IMG/VR virus record: IMGVR_UViG_3300023115_000018
Location: 11,101-75,100 of that record
Reading direction: 5' to 3' (one strand)
Origin: a virus
Taxonomy: Duplodnaviria > Caudoviricetes
DNA length: 64,000 nucleotides
Shown: one piece after another, positions 61,343-64,000 of the stretch
Layout of the letters: the number at the start of each line of letters is the position of its first letter
How positions within the stretch are numbered: position 1 is the stretch's first letter
Made by a program: the position numbers and the translations under genes
Notes under the pieces: generated by a model
Seen by the model: the letters and a program-made list of their open reading frames with translations, nothing else
Databases searched by the model: none
Told to the model about the DNA's origin: nothing

Positions 61343-63787
61343 ATGACGAATTACGCAACTATAAGATATCAACCAGCGGCAGCAACAACTACAACTGTTG
61401 CGGATATGACTGCGTTGATCGCTGTCACAGGGATGTCTAATGGAGATCAGGCTTTAGTACTATCAAGTAATAACTTGTTTATGTATTCTGGTACTGGTTG
61501 GTATAAGATTGCGACAATTCAAAACGATTCTCCAACAGCAATCACTGGAGTGAATGGAACCTACGAACTTGCAACTGACGGTACACCTACTGTAATCACA
61601 GCAGTTTCTACAGACCCTGAAGGGTTTCCTCTTACGTGGACATATTCTACTTCTGGTTTAGGAAGTATTGCTACAGTATCGCAAGCGGATAATGTATTCA
61701 CAATTACACCCAGTACTAATGATGATAATGGAGGAACTTTTACTCTTACAATTAATGCAACTGATGGTGTTAATGGTGCAGTGAGTGCAAATACATCGAT
61801 AGAACTGGAATTTATTATTACAAATAGTAATTATACAACTTTATTAGCAACAGCGGTTGATACATCAAGTAACAGTAACATTACGGATTCTTCAACAAAT
61901 AATCATACGATCACAGTATTAGGTGACGCTAACGCCGGCACGTTTAGTCCTTATCGTCATGGCGGATATAGTACATATTTCGATGGAACTGGTGACAATT
62001 ACACTGTGCCTAGTGGCCTTCATCTTGGCACTGGTGATTTTACATTTGAATTTTGGATTTGGCCAGATGAAGATTGGACTAATACTGCCGGTAAAATTTT
62101 TATGAACACTGAATCTAGTGGCAGTGGCACCACTTGGACTTTTCATGTATCTAATTATAATGGGTATAATGGTTTAACTTTTGGTTATGGTGTATATGGT
62201 TCTTATACTGTAGGAAAATATGTTGATAATTATTGGGTTCCACAGGGTGAATGGACTCATCTAGTCGCTCAAAGAAGAAACGGAACTATAGAAATTTATG
62301 TAAATGGTGTCAGTCAAACATTGAGTACATATAATGAAAATGGAACTTTTAGTGATAGTGTAAATTTAACAAGCAATCTAACTACAAGAACACTTTTTAA
62401 TGGAGCTAAAGCTTATGTTTCAGACCTAAGATTAGTCACTGGTTCATATGTATATGATGGTGATTTTACACCTTCAACTGAAAATATAACAGCAGTAACT
62501 AACACTACACTATTAACAAATCAAAATCAGTTTCCGTATCTTGTTGATAATTCACCAAATGCATATACAATTACATCAAATGGTAATACATCAATAAAAC
62601 CATTTAGTAGATATGACAATTTCAAATACGAAACAGCCGTTCATGGCGGGTCTGTATATTTTGATGGGACTGACGATGGATTGATTATTCCAGCAGCTGC
62701 TTGGGATAGAGATGCCGACTACACAGTTGAATGTTGGGCATATGCAATCGGAGGCATGACCATTGCATTGTCAAGAAACAGACAAGCCGCTGATGGTGCA
62801 GTTTTCTCTATCGGTGGTAGTTACAAAGTATTCTTGGGTATTGGTAGGGATGATGTCAATACATGGGATTTGACTTATACTGGCAGCGTTGATTTAAGAT
62901 ATCAATGGCATCACCTTGCTTTAACTCACGATGCGAGCGAAAAACGATACAAAATATATGTTGATGGTGTTAATGTTTTCAATGGAACTTCTGCATATCA
63001 TCCGGGCAGTTTAAATACTGTTTTTAACATTGGGTGTGGTGATACTATGAATGCTGGCACGACTTCTTATAGTCAAGGATGGATTGCAGATCATAGAATT
63101 ACAGATAGTATAGTTTATACTGCAAATTTCACTCCACCAACTGCTCCTCTATCTTCAACTGGATCAGTGTTACACATACAAGGCACAGACGCTTCGATCA
63201 TAGATAAGTCTCAAAACGCTAACCTAAAGTTGATTGGTAATACTACTGGTTCAACGACTCAGGTTAAGTTTGCAGACACTAAGTCAATGTATTTTGATGG
63301 CAGTGGAGATTATATAAAAACTTCTGCCAGTACAGATTATGATTTACCGACAGACTTTACTATTGAAGCTTGGATATATCCTACAGCATTATCCAGCAAT
63401 CATCTGATAGTAGATACCTACAGCGCATCTCAAGCGGGTAGTTATCAATTGTATTGGAGAAGTACTGGTGGTAGTTTGGCCTTTTATACTCAAGCAGATG
63501 GTGTATTATTACAGGATCCTAGTGGCTCAAATATCCAAGTCAATACTTGGCACCATGTCGCTGTATCTAGGTCTGGTAATACGATTAGAATGTTTGTAGA
63601 TGGCACACAGGTTAACAGTACTACCCTTACTAGAGACTTAACACATGGAATTCCAGTAGCAATTGGATATCAACAAGCGACAGGTACTAATTATTTTGCT
63701 GGTTATATTCAAGATGTAAGAATTACTAAAGGTCTCGCAAGATACACCGCAAACTTTACACCACCAACAGAACCACTAAAAGGATAA
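61343..63787 (+). CDS. LamG / concanavalin A-like domain virion protein (814 aa), probable receptor-binding or fibre tip
   Basis: Three repeats of 'S.YFDG.GD...DFT.E.W.....WHH.A..R....YV.G...D.RIT...Y..NFTP' and an N-terminal cadherin/Ig-like 'STDPEGFPLTWTY'. Confidence 0.82.
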   Translation: MTNYATIRYQPAAATTTTVADMTALIAVTGMSNGDQALVLSSNNLFMYSGTGWYKIATIQNDSPTAITGVNGTYELATDGTPTVITAVSTDPEGFPLTWTYSTSGLGSIATVSQADNVFTITPSTNDDNGGTFTLTINATDGVNGAVSANTSIELEFIITNSNYTTLLATAVDTSSNSNITDSSTNNHTITVLGDANAGTFSPYRHGGYSTYFDGTGDNYTVPSGLHLGTGDFTFEFWIWPDEDWTNTAGKIFMNTESSGSGTTWTFHVSNYNGYNGLTFGYGVYGSYTVGKYVDNYWVPQGEWTHLVAQRRNGTIEIYVNGVSQTLSTYNENGTFSDSVNLTSNLTTRTLFNGAKAYVSDLRLVTGSYVYDGDFTPSTENITAVTNTTLLTNQNQFPYLVDNSPNAYTITSNGNTSIKPFSRYDNFKYETAVHGGSVYFDGTDDGLIIPAAAWDRDADYTVECWAYAIGGMTIALSRNRQAADGAVFSIGGSYKVFLGIGRDDVNTWDLTYTGSVDLRYQWHHLALTHDASEKRYKIYVDGVNVFNGTSAYHPGSLNTVFNIGCGDTMNAGTTSYSQGWIADHRITDSIVYTANFTPPTAPLSSTGSVLHIQGTDASIIDKSQNANLKLIGNTTGSTTQVKFADTKSMYFDGSGDYIKTSASTDYDLPTDFTIEAWIYPTALSSNHLIVDTYSASQAGSYQLYWRSTGGSLAFYTQADGVLLQDPSGSNIQVNTWHHVAVSRSGNTIRMFVDGTQVNSTTLTRDLTHGIPVAIGYQQATGTNYFAGYIQDVRITKGLARYTANFTPPTEPLKG

Positions 63788-63793
63788 TAGAAA

Positions 63794-64000
63794 ATGGCAA
63801 TCAATTTTCCAGATAGTCCAACAGATGGAGATACACATACAGTTGGTTCAAAGGTTTGGACTTACAACGCAACCAAGGGTGTTTGGATTGCATCTATATC
63901 TGCAATTCCAACAGAAATTGGGGCAATAAATGGTCATATAATTCCAGACACAAATATTACATATGACTTAGGGTCGGCAGAAAAGAAATTTAGAGATTTA
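63794..64000 (+). CDS. Tail fibre-like protein, truncated by window end
   Basis: ATG at 63794 opens MAINFPDSPTDGDTHTVGSKVWTYNATKGVW...GHIIPDTNITYDLGSAEKKFRDL; the last motif also occurs in the 2225-aa fibre. Confidence 0.75.
   Translation, partial: MAINFPDSPTDGDTHTVGSKVWTYNATKGVWIASISAIPTEIGAINGHIIPDTNITYDLGSAEKKFRDL

Noticed and set aside
513-62146. Numerous 60-175 aa alternative-frame and minus-strand ORFs
   Set aside because: All are nested in long, motif-supported + strand genes and show no recognisable motifs.
54662-63787. Diversity-generating retroelement or invertase-shuffled fibre tips
   Set aside because: No reverse transcriptase or recombinase, and no TR/VR pair differing only at adenines or inverted crossover sites in this window.
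1-64000. tRNA/rRNA genes or stop-codon reassignment
   Set aside because: Intergenic gaps are under 100 nt with no cloverleaf, and genes are long and end at TAA, TAG and TGA under the standard code.

Overview
AT-rich (roughly 35% GC by eye) 64 kb segment of a large T4-like myovirus genome, probably aquatic or marine. Every real gene lies on the + strand and encodes a virion or tail protein. The left third is the canonical baseplate module: a partial gp27-like hub, gp5, gp25, gp6, gp7, gp8 and a VrlC/DUF4815-like giant protein. The remaining ~43 kb is an accessory structural block. It holds fibre proteins, four paralogous proteins that share one conserved core carrying different large insertions (each preceded by its own T4 late promoter), a 1663-aa hyper-acidic protein built on a constant 14-residue register, a 1770-aa lectin-domain protein overlapping a PAAR gene far from gene 5, a 2225-aa repeat fibre and a LamG protein. 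Most notable observations: (1) the sites CCWGG, CCGG and GGNCC occur almost only when they overlap GGC/GCC, which suggests a GGC-context DNA modification shielding restriction sites; (2) a four-paralog scaffold family that displays variable inserts; (3) frequent nested domain insertion, including a gp5 with two cell-wall hydrolases; (4) the 14-aa-periodic acidic protein. All family assignments come from motif recognition by eye. No database searches were run.
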